Part shown: positions 12,667 to 26,397 of the stretch, piece by piece
Numbering within the stretch: the stretch's first letter is position 1
Layout of the letters: each line of letters starts with the position of its first letter
Origin: Basidiobolus ranarum
Lineage: Eukaryota
Assembly (NCBI GenBank): GCA_040143965.1
Contig: JASJQH010000018.1
Span: forward strand, 1 to 49,845
Direction of reading: 5' to 3'
Length of the DNA: 49,845 nucleotides
Made by a program: the position numbers and the translations under genes
Notes under the pieces: generated by a model
Seen by the model: the letters and a program-made list of their open reading frames with translations, nothing else
What the model was told of the DNA's origin: nothing
Databases searched by the model: none

Positions 12667-15490
12667 ATGGAAGATCCTCTCATTTATTCTCCCCCACGAA
12701 CTCCATGTAAAGCCAATACTAAAGAAAACCATAGGTCGTTTTCCAGCTCTACACTAATACGGTCCTGTCCCACAAAGACCACAGAGCCCGTTACTTCCCC
12801 CCTCAATTCCACCCAACATACCAGTCAAGCACCAAACACTCTTACAAAGCATTCGCTCACACCTTCATCGTCGAATCTTGTACGTGCAAGGTCTGAAAGA
12901 AAGTTCATCCCTGTCGAGCAATACTCTCCCCTATCAGCGGTAACCCTTAGATCTATTAGCAGCCCAACTAGATTTGTTACGTGTATGTTCAATGCCGCAA
13001 CAAGCGCTGCATCTACTTTGACAACACCTACAGCAAACAAGCCAATAACTATTGAGACAACCCCACTTTCCTCAAGTATTGATACTGTAAAAGATCAAGA
13101 AGAACCACGACGAAATTCAACACCCCGTTTTCCACAAGTCCAAACACCAACAATGGCGACAGCAACTACAGATTTATCTACCGCTTCGGCAGTAACTGCT
13201 AGTCCTCCAGCACTCACTTTAGGACATTTAGAGCAATTTAGCAATGGTTTCCAGAATAATCAGACTGTCACTCCGCATAGATCTAGTACATATTCTCACA
13301 GTACTTCAGAACAGGTAGTTAAGAACTTAAGTAGATCTATGAGTGCGCGTATACCGAATCGTAATAGACGCAGAAGTGATACTACCGCCAGTATAGATGA
13401 TACATTCGACGCGGAAGGATCGAACTTAAATATCACTGCAAAAAAGAAAAATTCAGACTTCCATAATCTTTTCAAAGACGTTCCAATAAGTGAAATTCTC
13501 ATCCAAGGTATGCAGAAATGATTGAAAATCAGAATAGTGAACATCTCTTCTCCAACACTATTGCTTACGCTGCTTTCATAGATTACTCCTGTGCGATACA
13601 AAAGGATATTCTCATCCACGGACGAATGTATGTTACGGAGAATTACATTTGTTTCTACGCTAGTATATTTGGATTCGTATCCAGCGTAAGTTCTATTTTT
13701 CATTCATTTTGTCAATCTGGTAAAATAACACTACTCGACTGAATTAGATTGTTGTCGAATTTAAAGACGTTGTTGCCATTGAAAGAAGAAATATGGCTTT
13801 CTTTGTTCCCAATGCAATCCTCATATCCACACTTCAACAAAAGGTATGTCTGAATCTTCGTTTAAATTTAAGATTAATTTATTAAATATCCTATTGTAGT
13901 ATCTTTTTGCTTCTTTTATGACTAGAGAGGCAGCCTTTAATCGATTGGTTGAGTTCTGGAGAAAAAACCACCCTTCTTTGGTAGAAAATTTGGGATATTG
14001 TAATTCCGAAAGTAATCTCGAATCTCCATATAACGTCAGCAACCAGGTAGACTCTACAAGCGATTCTGAAGGTTCCAACTCTGATGCGTCTTCTGAAGCT
14101 AGTGATGAAACCCAAGAAGTGCAAGATGCAATAGAGCCTAGCAATATGAGGCATCCAGTGGTGAATAGAGGCGGAATATCCTCATTATCATATGTCACGT
14201 CTATTACGCCAACTCCAGTGAGTAAAAAGAGAACAATAAGCACCGGCTTCCAAATTCAAGGAGACACTCATAAGAAGCCAACACTTTGTGATTGTTACGA
14301 AACTGGCCATTTCAAAACACTTTTATTGGATACAGTTATTCCCGCACCTATCGAAAAGATCTTCGAGCTCCTTTATGGGGATAATGCTCAATGGATAGAA
14401 AACTTCTTAACTGAACACAAAAACAAAGGTATTCAGTTAGTTCCTTTCCTTTCATAGACAAATTATTAATGGTTCGTTTTAAAGATGTATCATCCACTCC
14501 TTGGGATGGTAACAAGAGAATGTTACACTATATAATGCCCATCAATGTACCCATCGGTATAGACATCTTCTCTTCTCTACAAACAAACAATCCTTTACTT
14601 ACAATCTAACTAGGTCCGAAGCACACAAAATGTACGATCACAGAAGAAATTGATCACAAGGACTTTGACAAGTATGTATGATAGCACAGAGAGTAGTTCC
14701 AAGTGTGATACTAATGCCTATATTCATATCAGATATACATCAGTCATTGCCACTATTTCTACTCCCGATGTCCCCAATGGAACCTATTTCAATCCTGCCA
14801 CTCGTACCTGCTTGATGCATGCTGGCAATGGAGAAACTCGTATGATTGTAACTTGTGCTATCACTTGGCATAAGTCCTCGTGGCTGAGAGGTATTTTCAT
14901 CTATAATAGGAATACACATAGAACAATACTAAACATTCATCCAAATATTAGGGCAAATTGAACGTAGTACGATGGACGGAAGTAAGATAGTAGCTAAGAA
15001 TACTGAGAATGCTATTAGACGAGAATTGGTTGATAATTCATCAAGTGTCACTTCGTCCGAGCCATTTGAAGAGAAGAAAGTTAAGAAAACTAAGAAACGA
15101 GTTCGCCAACAGGGTAAATCCGAGAAGCCTGAAGTCTCGCACACAGTGCTTAATGAAGCACGTACGACTTTAGGATCGTTACACAATATGGAGAAACTCA
15201 GTCCTTCCACCATGATTTTGTTACTTGTGCTGATCATATTATCAATCTCCAATATTGTCAGTTGGTATCATATTCATACCATCTCCCAACGGGTCCAATT
15301 CACCGAATCTCATATCAATGGCCCGGTAAATTTCAAGCCCGAATCCGAATCCGAACCCGAACCGAAGCAAATCGCACATACTATGAGTCAGTCAGATAAG
15401 CAGTTGATAGGAGATCAACTCCGAAGTGTCGAGGAACTACTTAGAAATATAGATCAGAAGATGATGAATGGGATAGAATCAACTCCCTAG
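12667..15490 (+). CDS. GRAM + VASt (StARkin) ER sterol-transfer protein, Lam/Ltc/GRAMD1 family, multi-exon
   Basis: S/T-rich N-terminus. GRAM domain (NSDFHNLFKDVP..DYSCAIQKDILIHGRMYVTENYICFYASIFGF). VASt motifs (TPDVPNGTYFN..TRTCL..WHKSSWLRGQIE). C-terminal TM helix (MILLLVLIILSISNIVSW) followed by a coiled coil. Confidence 0.88.
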
Positions 15491-15662
15491 GAGAGTATGT
15501 ACACACGCCCATTCCGTAACATACTTTCCATGTACCTAAACTGTGACCAACATAAGATCTATGATTCACCTTTCATCCAATTATCCTCCAATTATCCGTT
15601 ACCCATGTAAAGTCAAGAATATTTTTCATCCCTTTCTTGCATATATTTTAAATTCTATTTTT

Positions 15663-15706
15663 CCTCGTAAATTGAGCCAGTACCCCTCGTAAATTGAGCC
15701 AGTACC
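15663..15706. repeat. Perfect 22-bp tandem duplication
   Basis: CCTCGTAAATTGAGCCAGTACC x2, between the convergent 3' ends of the GRAM gene and RPC1. Confidence 0.95.
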
Positions 15707-16030
15707 GTAGCAAAGAATAAACGAAGTATTTGGTCACCAACCCACTGCACCCTACCCATAGTCATTATAGATAACAGTTTTATTAGATTCAATTGGAAGG
15801 GAATGCATGCTGCCAGGAACTAATTTTACAAGATTTTTTCTTCTCTCGCTTTGTCTCTTTTATTTGGTAATTAACGAAAAAAAACCCTCGAGATTAACAT
15901 TTTTAGTATAAATTCTAAATAAAAATGCAAGAAATTAAAGAGTAGGAAACTAAAGACACCGGAATGAATGTAAATGAAGGGATTGGAGAAAGATGTAGAT
16001 TATATAGAGGAGCACTGGTTGTATGAAATT

Positions 16031-19000
16031 TTAGCACACGTGAAATTCGGGATTATCGAAGAGCAACGTGCGTGGCTTGGGCAATGCCTCTTGCTCAGAT
16101 TTATGGATAAGTTTAAACAAACCAGTACCGATAGGCATAGGGATACCCATAATGATACACTCACTCACTCCCTCAATAGAATCCCGTTTAGCATACATGG
16201 CTGCATCAAACAGATGGTCCGTAGTTTTTTCGAAGGATGCCAACATTAGAACACTATCTTTCATCTTGGCAATACCGAAACGTGTGATACCCAGTACTTC
16301 TCCCTTGTATGTCATGATATCTCCAAGAAGCATTACGTGACGTGGATCGATGGTCATACCGTGCTTGCTCATAGTATATTGAATTTCGTGACAAATGGTA
16401 TTTCTAGCTGCCTCGATACCGAGTACCTTTTGGATCTCCATAACATGATTCGAAGTGGTCTCAGTACCAACGATACCTTCGGTAGTCATAACTTCACGTA
16501 ATCCATAACCTTCTACCAAAAGTTGCACTTTGCTGCCGGTGACTTCACTAATGACTGCACGATTGACAGAATGAATCCCCTTGATTATAACTTGGGGTAG
16601 AGCTCTCTTTAAGGCTTGGAGATTATAATACAATGTAGACGTATCTTTTTGTGGTACATAAACACGGACGCGGTCTGGCTTATGAACTTGAACGTTGCTT
16701 GCGGAAATCTTCAGTTTAGGTGCGGCAACGATAGCGTTGGCGATTTGGTACAAGTCAGTTTCTAATTGAAGTTTTTGAATAGCCTCAAGATCAAACTTGA
16801 TGCCAATGTAACATTCTTCTGGTCTATAAACTTCTTCGATAAATTCAGCAATATCTCCCAACAATGTCTTCTCAATACGGCCCTTGATGATTCTAGCCGA
16901 TTGAATACTATCATCACAAACAAGCTTGCTGGTGATAATGGGTGTGCTAATTACTTTAGCTGCGTTGATGATTTCTTTGATACGAGGTACACCAAGAGTT
17001 ACATTCATACTAGCGACACCGGCAAAATGGAAAGTCTTGAGAGTCATCTGAGTACCGGGCTCACCAATACTTTGCGCACCAAGAGCACCAACAGCAGACC
17101 CAGGCTCAATCTTAGCCTTCATATATTTCAATAAACAAACATCCAGGAAAGCTTTGAGTTGAGGCTCGGTGACAGTAAGTTTGTTATTGATCATCTTTCT
17201 GATAGATGGATCAATATTCTTATCAATATCGGCTTTGGATGATTTGGGTTCATCCAGAGCTTCTTTCATTCCGTTCTTTCTTCTAACCTCAGCTAGTTTT
17301 TCCACAATATACTCGCGAATAAAAGTCTCAACTGACTCAAGGAAAGCGCTATTGCATACCTTGGTGAATGCTGGCTTCTTCAGTTCCTCGCGTGCTATTT
17401 TGGTAATCTGATATGGAAGAAGTGGTCGGTCTTTTCCTACTGGTGTAACTCCTCTCACATGCATAAGATTACGATTGAATTCCACAGGTTGACCATCTCC
17501 TTCTAAAGTAGCTGGATCAAGACCGTCATCTCCGTAGCAGAATTGAACAACGCCACCGGATGAGCTACGAACAGAAAGATCGTAATGCGTAGTCAAATCT
17601 TCAAGTGCCTTCATTAATCTTCTTTGCATATAACCAGTTTCAGCAGTCTTGACAGCTGTATCTACAAGACCTTCACGGCCGGACACAGCATGGAAGAAGA
17701 ACTCGGTAGGAGTAAGGCCACTATAGAAACTGTTTCTCACGAAACCTTTGGCTGGTGGAGTCTTGGAATTGATCAAGAAATGTGGTAGAGAACGATCAAC
17801 AAAGCCATCAGGGATACGACTACCACTGATAATTTGTTGACCGACACAAGCTACCATCTGACAGACGTTAATCTTTGAACCTTTAGAACCACAAATGGAC
17901 ATGATCAGAGGAGCGTTGTATTTGTTAAGCTCAGTCAAACAAATTTGACCAGCGTCGTCACGAATTTTACTTAAAACCCCAGAGATATGAGACTCGAGTG
18001 TTTGATCTTCATCACAACCTGGCTGATTCTCAAGTTCGCCATTTTTACTCTTGGAAATTAACTCATCGCATTGTTTGTAAGCAACTTCAACAAGAGCATC
18101 CTTCTTGGTACGAAGAACATAACCGGGCTGGACGTCACTGATACCAATGGAGAAACCTTGGTCGGCCAACCAACGAGCACATAGTTTTGCAAGTCTATTC
18201 ATGCGAATAGCAGCTTCATCGGCTCCATAATCTCTCAAAACAACATAAAACAACGAGAATTTGTTACCATCACCAACAATGGACTTGTCCATAACACCGC
18301 ACAAGAGCTCACTATTCTGAATTACAAGATAACCGTCATTAGGACAAAGGTCAGGAGCGCGACCTTCTTTTTTCTCAAAAGATCTACATTTTGTCTCCAA
18401 ATTCACCAAGACTTGCGATTGCTTGTTAGGTCTCATCAAAACATTGAAAACTTGCTTTCCGGTCCAGAGCATAACTGGCTTCAAAATAGCCGGTGGTGGT
18501 ATATCGATATGAATATTTGCATCCTGCATATATGAGCAAATTTGAACAAATTGGCTTCTATTGTAAAAACGCTCTTTGCTGGAGAGCAAATAAGATGCGG
18601 TGATGAAATCTTGTGTGGCAGCAATCAGAGGCTCACCATTACGTGGGGTAACCAAGTTGTTCTTCACCTAAATCAAAACGAAGAGTTAGCTCAAGAATCA
18701 ATGCAAATATAGAAAGACAGAGATTCCTTACTCCCATAAGTTCAATGGCTTCCATTCTAGCTTCTTCGGTTTGAGGCACGTGCAAATTCATTTCATCTCC
18801 ATCAAAATCAGCGTTGTATGGACTGCATACACATTCGTTGAAACGGAAAGTACGCCAGGGCTTCACAGTAACCTATATATAGAACATGTTTAGTGGCTAC
18901 TTGGGGGCAAGGGCTTCTCCTAGAATCCTTACATAATGGGCCATAATACTGAGTTTATGAAGGGAAGGTTGGCGATTGAAAAGAGCAACATCACCGTCTG

Positions 19001-20768
19001 ATAAATGTCTCTCAACCACATCACCAATTCTAAGATCAGAGGCAATTTGCTCTCTTTTTGCGTATTTAAGGAATTTTTTGAAACCATTTCCTTGAACAAT
19101 AAAATTGGCACCTGGATGAATATCGGGGCCATTGAGGACGTTTTTGCGGAGGCGTTCAATATTATGCTCAAAAACGCGTTCGGGGAAGGTAAGTACCTTG
19201 GCAACGTATTCGGGAACCGCAACCTAGTGATACCAAAGTAAGTTTCCATTGTTTTAAAATACTATAGCCGTATACCAAATATTCACCTGATCAATTCGTA
19301 AGTTAGGATCTGGAGAAATGACAGTTCTACTCGAGAAATCGACACGCTTTCCGGAGAGATTTCCACGGAAGCGACCTTGTTTACCCTTGAGTCTTTGACA
19401 AAAACCACGAATGGGCTTACCACCCATGTTATTGGCTAGACCGGGTATATCACTATTGATATACATTCCTACAGAGAGCTGTAAAAATTCCCATTGTTCC
19501 ATTAGATTCATAATAGAGCCGCCTTTTTCCAACCCAGCTTTAATAAGTGCATTGGTAAAAATGATTTCTGTCAGCTTTACGGTCAGATCATCTTCAGTAC
19601 TAGCTCCGTCTTGAGCAACTGATGGTCTAATACAGACGGGGGGTACAGGAAGTGCTCTCCAAATATAAGATTCGGGTCGTCCCTCTTCTGGATCTAAGCC
19701 CAAAAGTTCACAATCCTGGTAAATGCTAAAGTAAGTATCTAAGACATTGGCATTCAAGAGTAACTAATCAATACCTCTGCAATAATTTTTTCAAAAAGCT
19801 GCATTACTCTAAGAGGATTCATGTCTTCTTGAGCCTTTCCAACGTGAGACTTCAATTCAGGAGCAAACGCGATAGCATTTTCAAACGTTTGCTTGAAACT
19901 CTCTTGTTCGGAGGCGGTTCTCTTCGCACGAAACTTCTCGTGAGTGATTTTTAGTGGACCCACTTTTTTGACGACGCCTAGAAATTATCACGGTGTTACA
20001 ATAGGTCATAAACGCTTGAGTAACAATAAATCATACCATTGGTAGCTCCACAATAGGTACAATAAACGACCTTCTTGCATTTATCGTTAACAGCTTTGAC
20101 AATGTTACGTCTTTGTAGATTTTCTAAGCGAGGTGCACGGAATCTCTTCAAATAGATTCGTCTGTCATTCTCGTCGAGCAAAACCCTACTACAGGTCTAT
20201 CGAATTGTTAATATTTTGTGGAATTTTAGACATAGTGCTCCTTTGATATTGATATAGGACAGGTAATTGAAATCTTAGTCTATATCTATATACGTACTTT
20301 GCAGATGTTTTGTAAGATAGTAATAATGGATCTAAAATAACCGATATGAAACACAGGAAGGCAAAGCTTGACATAACCATAGTGACCCACACAATCTGCC
20401 ATTTTCAAGCCGCAAGTATCGCATAACGCTGATTTATCTGAGGTACCCTGTTAATCAACAAGAAGGACAGCGTCAATAAGTGCCGATCGGAATGTATATA
20501 ATTTATATTTGAACCCACCAGCCTCATATCTAACACACCATGCTTGACAGGAGTTCTATCAGGGATGTTGTAAAGATCGCGTTGGGTGACCTCAAACTCG
20601 GCGAGCTTCATCATTTGTTGAGGAGAGAGCACTCCGAATTGGATGTGCTTACTAATTTAATGAGAAGAGAGGTTGTTAGCTGATTTGAATTCTTAACTAG
20701 TTTGAAGAACAAGCAGAAGATGGTTATTACATTCTCTTAGGTGCACTCTCCACGACGTGTTCCTTCAT
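16031..20768 (-). CDS. RPC1: RNA polymerase III largest subunit, multi-exon
   Basis: NADFDGD active site, Zn motif [57 protein letters not shown], no CTD heptads. Start MKEHVVE at 20768. Confidence 0.96.
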
Positions 20769-21398
20769 ATTCAACGCTCAATAGTCCAATGTGGAATTAA
20801 GTAATGGTACACACTTGTACTTTGAGAAAAGAGGCGCTGTTTTAGAAAGTGTGGGCTTCGGCCTCAGGGAATGGTCGAAAAGAAAAAATACGTCGAATGA
20901 ATAATTTGTGTATATGCTTGGTTGCAATGGCCATGATTTTTCCATCACTAGACCTTTTTTTTTCTTGCCTTCACGTATTTTTTACCTAAAACTTTTTCAT
21001 CTTATAAATTTAGTTTGCCAAAGCAACTAGTCAGAGTATTCCAGAATATATCTTTCACTCGAATATACCAGTATATCTTTATGGCATTTGTAGATCGGCA
21101 TTTGGAGTGCAATATATCTAACCTGTTTATACTACCATGTGGGGGAAGCTCAGTTTCTAACCGTCTTAGGTAACTTTAATAATCAAGCAGAGTACTGGAG
21201 TAAATGTACCTTTGAGCACCCTGATTGAAAGACTCAGAGGGATAGAGATACTAATTAATACACGAGTTGGACTGGTCATGGGAAGTGGGGATAGACAATT
21301 GTTTGATGCAATGTAGAGATGTTTATTGAAGAAAAGAGCAAAACCTAAGTGATTGCTAAGTTTATGTATTGGAAGTGAACGGAAATATAGAGTTCCAA

Positions 21399-22135
21399 TT
21401 AATGGCTGTGAGCGTTCTTTGTTTTCTTATCATATTTAACAAAGTACATATTTGGTGGGAACTGAGCCTTGTTTTTCTCGAACCACTCAGCAACAGGATG
21501 AACAGATTTGAAAGGTGTATCCTCGTGCAAGTAGAATTGGAGGAGGTCTTGAGTACCTTGCATATTGTTCAAATTGACATTTGGAATCTCACGTTGGCAC
21601 TCGACCATGCATCTTTGCAAAAGCTGAAAGCGTAAAATAAGAGTCAGAATCCATACCAATATTTCTATCAAATTCATCAGCGCAGTAAACTATATAATAC
21701 CTCAAATTTAGCAGTTTTATCGTCAAATTTGACTTTGCGCCAAGTGGAATCATCAGCTTTGGTGTATTCCATCACAATCTTTTTAATTGTGTTTTCAAGC
21801 TCTTCAGGTGTTAGCTGTCCTTTTCTAATAATAGCGAGATATTACAATCAAACTAAATATAGGCTTAAAGTCATGCTGTAGCAAGGGTCATACCTTCTTT
21901 TTGGAACTGAGGATTCAGCTGATTCATTAGATTCAACAGCAGAGGTTGTTTGGGTTTCAGCCACTTCTGTCACCTCTTCCTTGGTTGTGTCCTTTTTGAA
22001 GAAACCAAAAAGACCATCTTTGGCGCAAACAGTAGACCGATGGTGGAAGAAAGCAACACTCTGCAGGGAAGTGTGACGAATATAATTTCCACGGACTGTA
22101 CTGTTAACAACTCTGATAGCGTTTGGGAATACCAT
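21399..22135 (-). CDS. Mitochondrial ribosomal protein mL50-like, 3 exons
   Basis: Arg/Ser-rich presequence. Spliced W.KVKFDDKTAKFE/LLQRC..QREIPNVNLNNM..TQDLLQFY and FPPNMYF resemble the Ribosomal_L50 family. Confidence 0.7.
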
Positions 22136-22187
22136 GTTAAAACCTATAAATGCTGACCACAAGTTCAGAGCCAAGTAAGTATAAGTA

Positions 22188-22280
22188 GCGCGAATTTTTT
22201 CACCTAACAAGCCTTCAATAAAATTTTCGACCTTTTTCACTTTATGGTTTTATGGATCCTGGAATCCATGAAAAATTTCG
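22188..22280. promoter_or_regulatory. Bidirectional promoter (mL50 / NOC4) with RRPE-like elements
   Basis: AATTTTTTCA at 22193-22202, AAAATTTTC at 22220-22228 and TGAAAAATTT at 22269-22278, within a 321-bp divergent gap. Confidence 0.45.
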
Positions 22281-22456
22281 AGCTTTCCTTTTATGCAAAC
22301 TTTTATTTATGTATATAACTTGGTTACTTAATTACAGTATCACTTAAGTTAACCACATTTCAATGTTTGAGATTTTTTTCTTTTTTTTAAAATATTACAA
22401 AACTCCATAACTTGACCATGAAGGTAGCAATTGACATTGGACGGATATAACCACAA

Positions 22457-24235
22457 ATGGCACCCCTCCGTAAGAAGAAGAGAACCGAGTCCAAGCCTAA
22501 GGTTAGTTTAGATTGTTCCTGTAGAGTTTGGCCACCAGTTTTTTAATATGCTTTTTGATCACGAAGGCTGAGAAGAAAGAGATTGAGGAGGTCGTTGCCC
22601 AAATCAGGTCACTTGAGAAGGGCGTTCAAGATAGTAAGAAAAATCTCAACGATATAGTCAAAATCATTGAATTCTGCGAGGTACTTTATTATTTGACATT
22701 CATAGCAAAACTCGAACTTTCCACTCACTAAACTTCTTTCACCTCTAGAGCAAGCATGCAGAAATCATTTATTCCGCTATACATTCACTTCAACGAATTT
22801 TCGTGGACTTTTTGAAGAAAGGCGAGCTTCAAAAAATTAAAGAAAATGCGCTTGCCGAGGGGGCAGAAAAAGCAAAGCTTGTTGTATCGACCTGGTTACG
22901 TGACCATTATATCAAATACTTCAACCATCTTTTGAAGCTTCTTTGCCATGAAGAACCTAGTTTGCAGGTATGTCACATAGCCAAGATTCATTTGTAAACA
23001 GACCCTAATGCACAACAATTCTTTAGGTGACCGCGCTCAACTTGCTGTTGGATTTTATCGCCAAAGAAACATCTATAACCGGAGTTTTCCCTAATTTTCT
23101 GTATTATAAAATTGTTGAAGCCCTTGCCTATAACCAGAATTTCAACGGTGGGTTACAGTCCGCTCTCATGGAGAAGTATATCAACTACTATGATGATCTG
23201 AGATATTATTTCCTCAAGGACTTGGCCAAAGTATTTAGTATCGAGCTCACCAAACCATCCAACGCCAACAAAGCCACACTTGTCGCCAACGGATTTGCAA
23301 TGTTGGAGCAGTTGAGAACGATGCCCACAGAGGAGAGCGAGATTGATGAATTTTGGACTGAAGAGCCAAAGTCTGAAGAACACGACTCCGAGAAAAAACC
23401 AATTCTCCTCCAATTGCAGGCGCATCGTAAGGTGTTCAGTGACGGTTGGATCGCTTTACTCAGACTCCCCCTCACCACAGATATATACAAAAAAGTACTA
23501 GTGCTAATGCATAAGAAAATCATCATCCACATGCCTCAGCCCACGCTTCTAATGGATTTCTTGACCGACTCTTACAACGCTGGTGGTGCGATCAGTCTAC
23601 TTGCTTTAAATGGACTTTTTACCCTTATTAATGAGCATAACTTGGACTATCCTGACTTTTACAAGAAACTGTACGCCTTGTTAGATCGAAACGTCTTGCA
23701 CGTCAAATACAGATCCCGGTTCTTCCGTTTGTTGGATCTATTTTTGAGCTCCACCCATCTTTCATCTAGCCTTGTAGCTGCTTTTGTCAAGCGCCTTGCC
23801 CGTCTCTCGCTTTCCGCCCCTCCAGCTGGTATTATTATTATTGTTCCTATGATCTATAATCTTCTTAAGCGCCATCCCTCCACTATGGTACTCATCCACC
23901 GAGCTGATGATCAGATGGACTCTGCTGAAGTTGATCCTTACCGTTTCTCCGAGGCTGACCCCCTAGAATCACAGGCCATGAGCAGCTCACTCTGGGAAAT
24001 CGAGACTTTGAAGGACCATTATTTCCCTAATGTTTCATCCCTGGCTAAAATCTTTTCCGATAAATTTAACAAGCCTTCCTATAACTCGGAGGATTTCCTG
24101 GATCACACTTACACGACCCTTATTGCCGCTGAGCTCGGAAGAAAGATGAAGAAGGCCCCCGCACTAGCCATCGAAGGTAGTGGTGCGTTGTTTAGCGAGG
24201 AGGATGTATATTCTCCATTGTGGACAATGGCATAG
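22457..24235 (+). CDS. NOC4: Nucleolar complex protein 4 (CBF/Mak21 domain), 4 exons
   Basis: LMDFLTDSYNAGGAISLLALNGLF, LDYPDFYKKLYALLD, RSRFFRLLDLFLSSTHL..LVAAFVKRLARL, SSLWEI..L..HY.PNVS.LA, EDFLDHTY. Confidence 0.93.
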
Positions 24236-24514
24236 CTTTCGTCCATTTCTTTTTCTCTTCACTTCTTCCATTCAGTTACTGGCAATGGGCCGTTCTAAAT
24301 TATAGATAGACTGACAGAGTGTAGACAATCACTTTGTTTTAATAATCTGAGTCTTCATAGCATGTATACTAGCTTCAACTAGTGTCGAGATGGTGAAAAT
24401 CGTTTTGTGTAAGATGCCATGTCTAAATAAATTATAGTAAAGATCATGTGATTCCTAATCGATGATATACCCTTATCCACACTGTTCGATAGTAAAGCAG
24501 TTGAATAACTAGTC

Positions 24515-25609
24515 ATGAATTTTACCCAAATATCTTTGGCATGCTCTCGCAATCTATATTTTGCAAGAGTCCTCAAGCGCAGCTCTTGTAGATTGTTTCA
24601 TACCAGCTCTCCTTGCAATGGGTCTCGTGTACAGTTAGTGTGCGACCGTTACGAAGCTGCTGGAGTAACAATGGAGCGAGCAAATACTCCCTTATTGATT
24701 CTTCATGGACTTTTTGGTTCTAAACAAAACTGGAAGACGCTTGCCAAAAGTTATGCCACTGGCCTTAATGCCGATGTGTATGCTTTAGATTTGCGAAATC
24801 ATGGTGAAAGTCCCCATATAGAGCCCTTAAACTACGAGGCCTTAGCTGGAGACGTGTCTGAGTTTTTGAAAGAGAAAAACCTTAGAAAAGTGAATATCTT
24901 AGGGCACTCAATGTGAGTAGAACTTTACTCTGCATCTTTACTATATTTATAATTAAATTCGTCTACAAGGGGTGGGAAAGTAGCTATGACCCTGAGCCTG
25001 ACTGAGCCAGCCCAGTTTGAAAAGTTGGTGGTGGTTGATATGTCCCCAGTTACTCTGAAGCTCTCCAATGATATGTATAGTTATATCGACTCTATGAAAA
25101 AGGTTGAGGAAGGCAGACATACAAAACAGAGTGCGGTTGACATGGAGTTGAAGCGTTATATACCCGTGAGTAAGGTAGTTTGAAAGCTCAAATTCATGCA
25201 TCTTACAATTTTGATATTTTTGAAGGATGTTGGAGTTCGTATGTTTTTAATGACAAACTTAAAGATGGATGACAACGGAGTCTATCGCTGGCGCATTCCA
25301 TTGGATATTATAAAAAACCACCTTGAGGATCTTGGTGATTTTCCAGTAAAGGAAGGCTCGAAACAGTTCTCCAAGCCTACATTATTCGTATCGGGTAGCA
25401 AGTCACATTATGTACAACAGAAATACCACTCCACTATCCAAAGCTTCTTTCCAAACGTGCAGTTTACTGAGCTTGATGCCGGTCACTGGGGTAATTATAC
25501 TGAATCCTCTATTTGCGTTGCACATCTAACAATTATGCGTTTCTTTATAGTGCACGCAGAAAAGCCAAAAGAATTTCTCGACCTTACTATGAGGTTTCTG
25601 AAGCAGTAG
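24515..25609 (+). CDS. Mitochondrial alpha/beta hydrolase, ABHD11/YbfF-like, 4 exons
   Basis: Presequence, LHGLFGSKQNW, DLRNHGES, nucleophile motif GHSM/GGK split by an intron, VVDMSP, AGHW/VHAEKP. Confidence 0.9.
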
Positions 25610-26397
25610 ATTCACGCTTGTATGTTTATTCATTTCAACTTCAAATTCGCAACAATAAACAGTTGATATTTAACTACCGTTATCTCTTATTTTGAATTGG
25701 TTCTTTGTGTCCCTAACTATTGTCTAGCAAGTCGTTATGACAACGTGGATGTTTGTGTCTAGAAAAATCGGCCTGAAGTTCTCATCGCCAAATATTATTG
25801 TACAGATCTGTTGATCAATCTCGGCTCAGCTCACAACTCTCCCAAACTCTAACCCAATCAGTCATGTTGTAACTAGAGCGCATTTAGGTTTGTTGTATTG
25901 GACCATTGCTATTAGTTAGTGTTGATCCTAAGTTGGCAGATCCATGTACCCTCAGATCAGACAATGCCAACCAGAAAAGTGTAGGTGATCTTTTCGGATT
26001 TTTCTGCGCACTCGAAGTTACTTTTAATCTTAATTGTGTAGGTTAAGTGAGGAAATAATCAATATATGCTCTGGATAAAGAGCAGTCCGTTGTTGAATTA
26101 GCCATAGAACCCCGTGATCAATATATATTTTTTCCCAAGTTTTCCTCAACACGGCCTCATAGTTTGGTAAACACCCAGACGCCCTCTTCGTTTCTTCTTA
26201 GGCGAACTTCAAGCCAAGCTCTATAATAATTTTTGAGCTTGTTTTTTCTTTATTCAAGTATAGTTTGTCTAATCAATACTAGTTCTTCTTTTCCTTAATA
26301 ATCCCTTAATTCACCATCTTTCAAGCATACAACACCTTTTTTTTAATCACGAAGAAAATATCATATCTCCCCTTATTCACAAAAAACCTTTGTTCAC

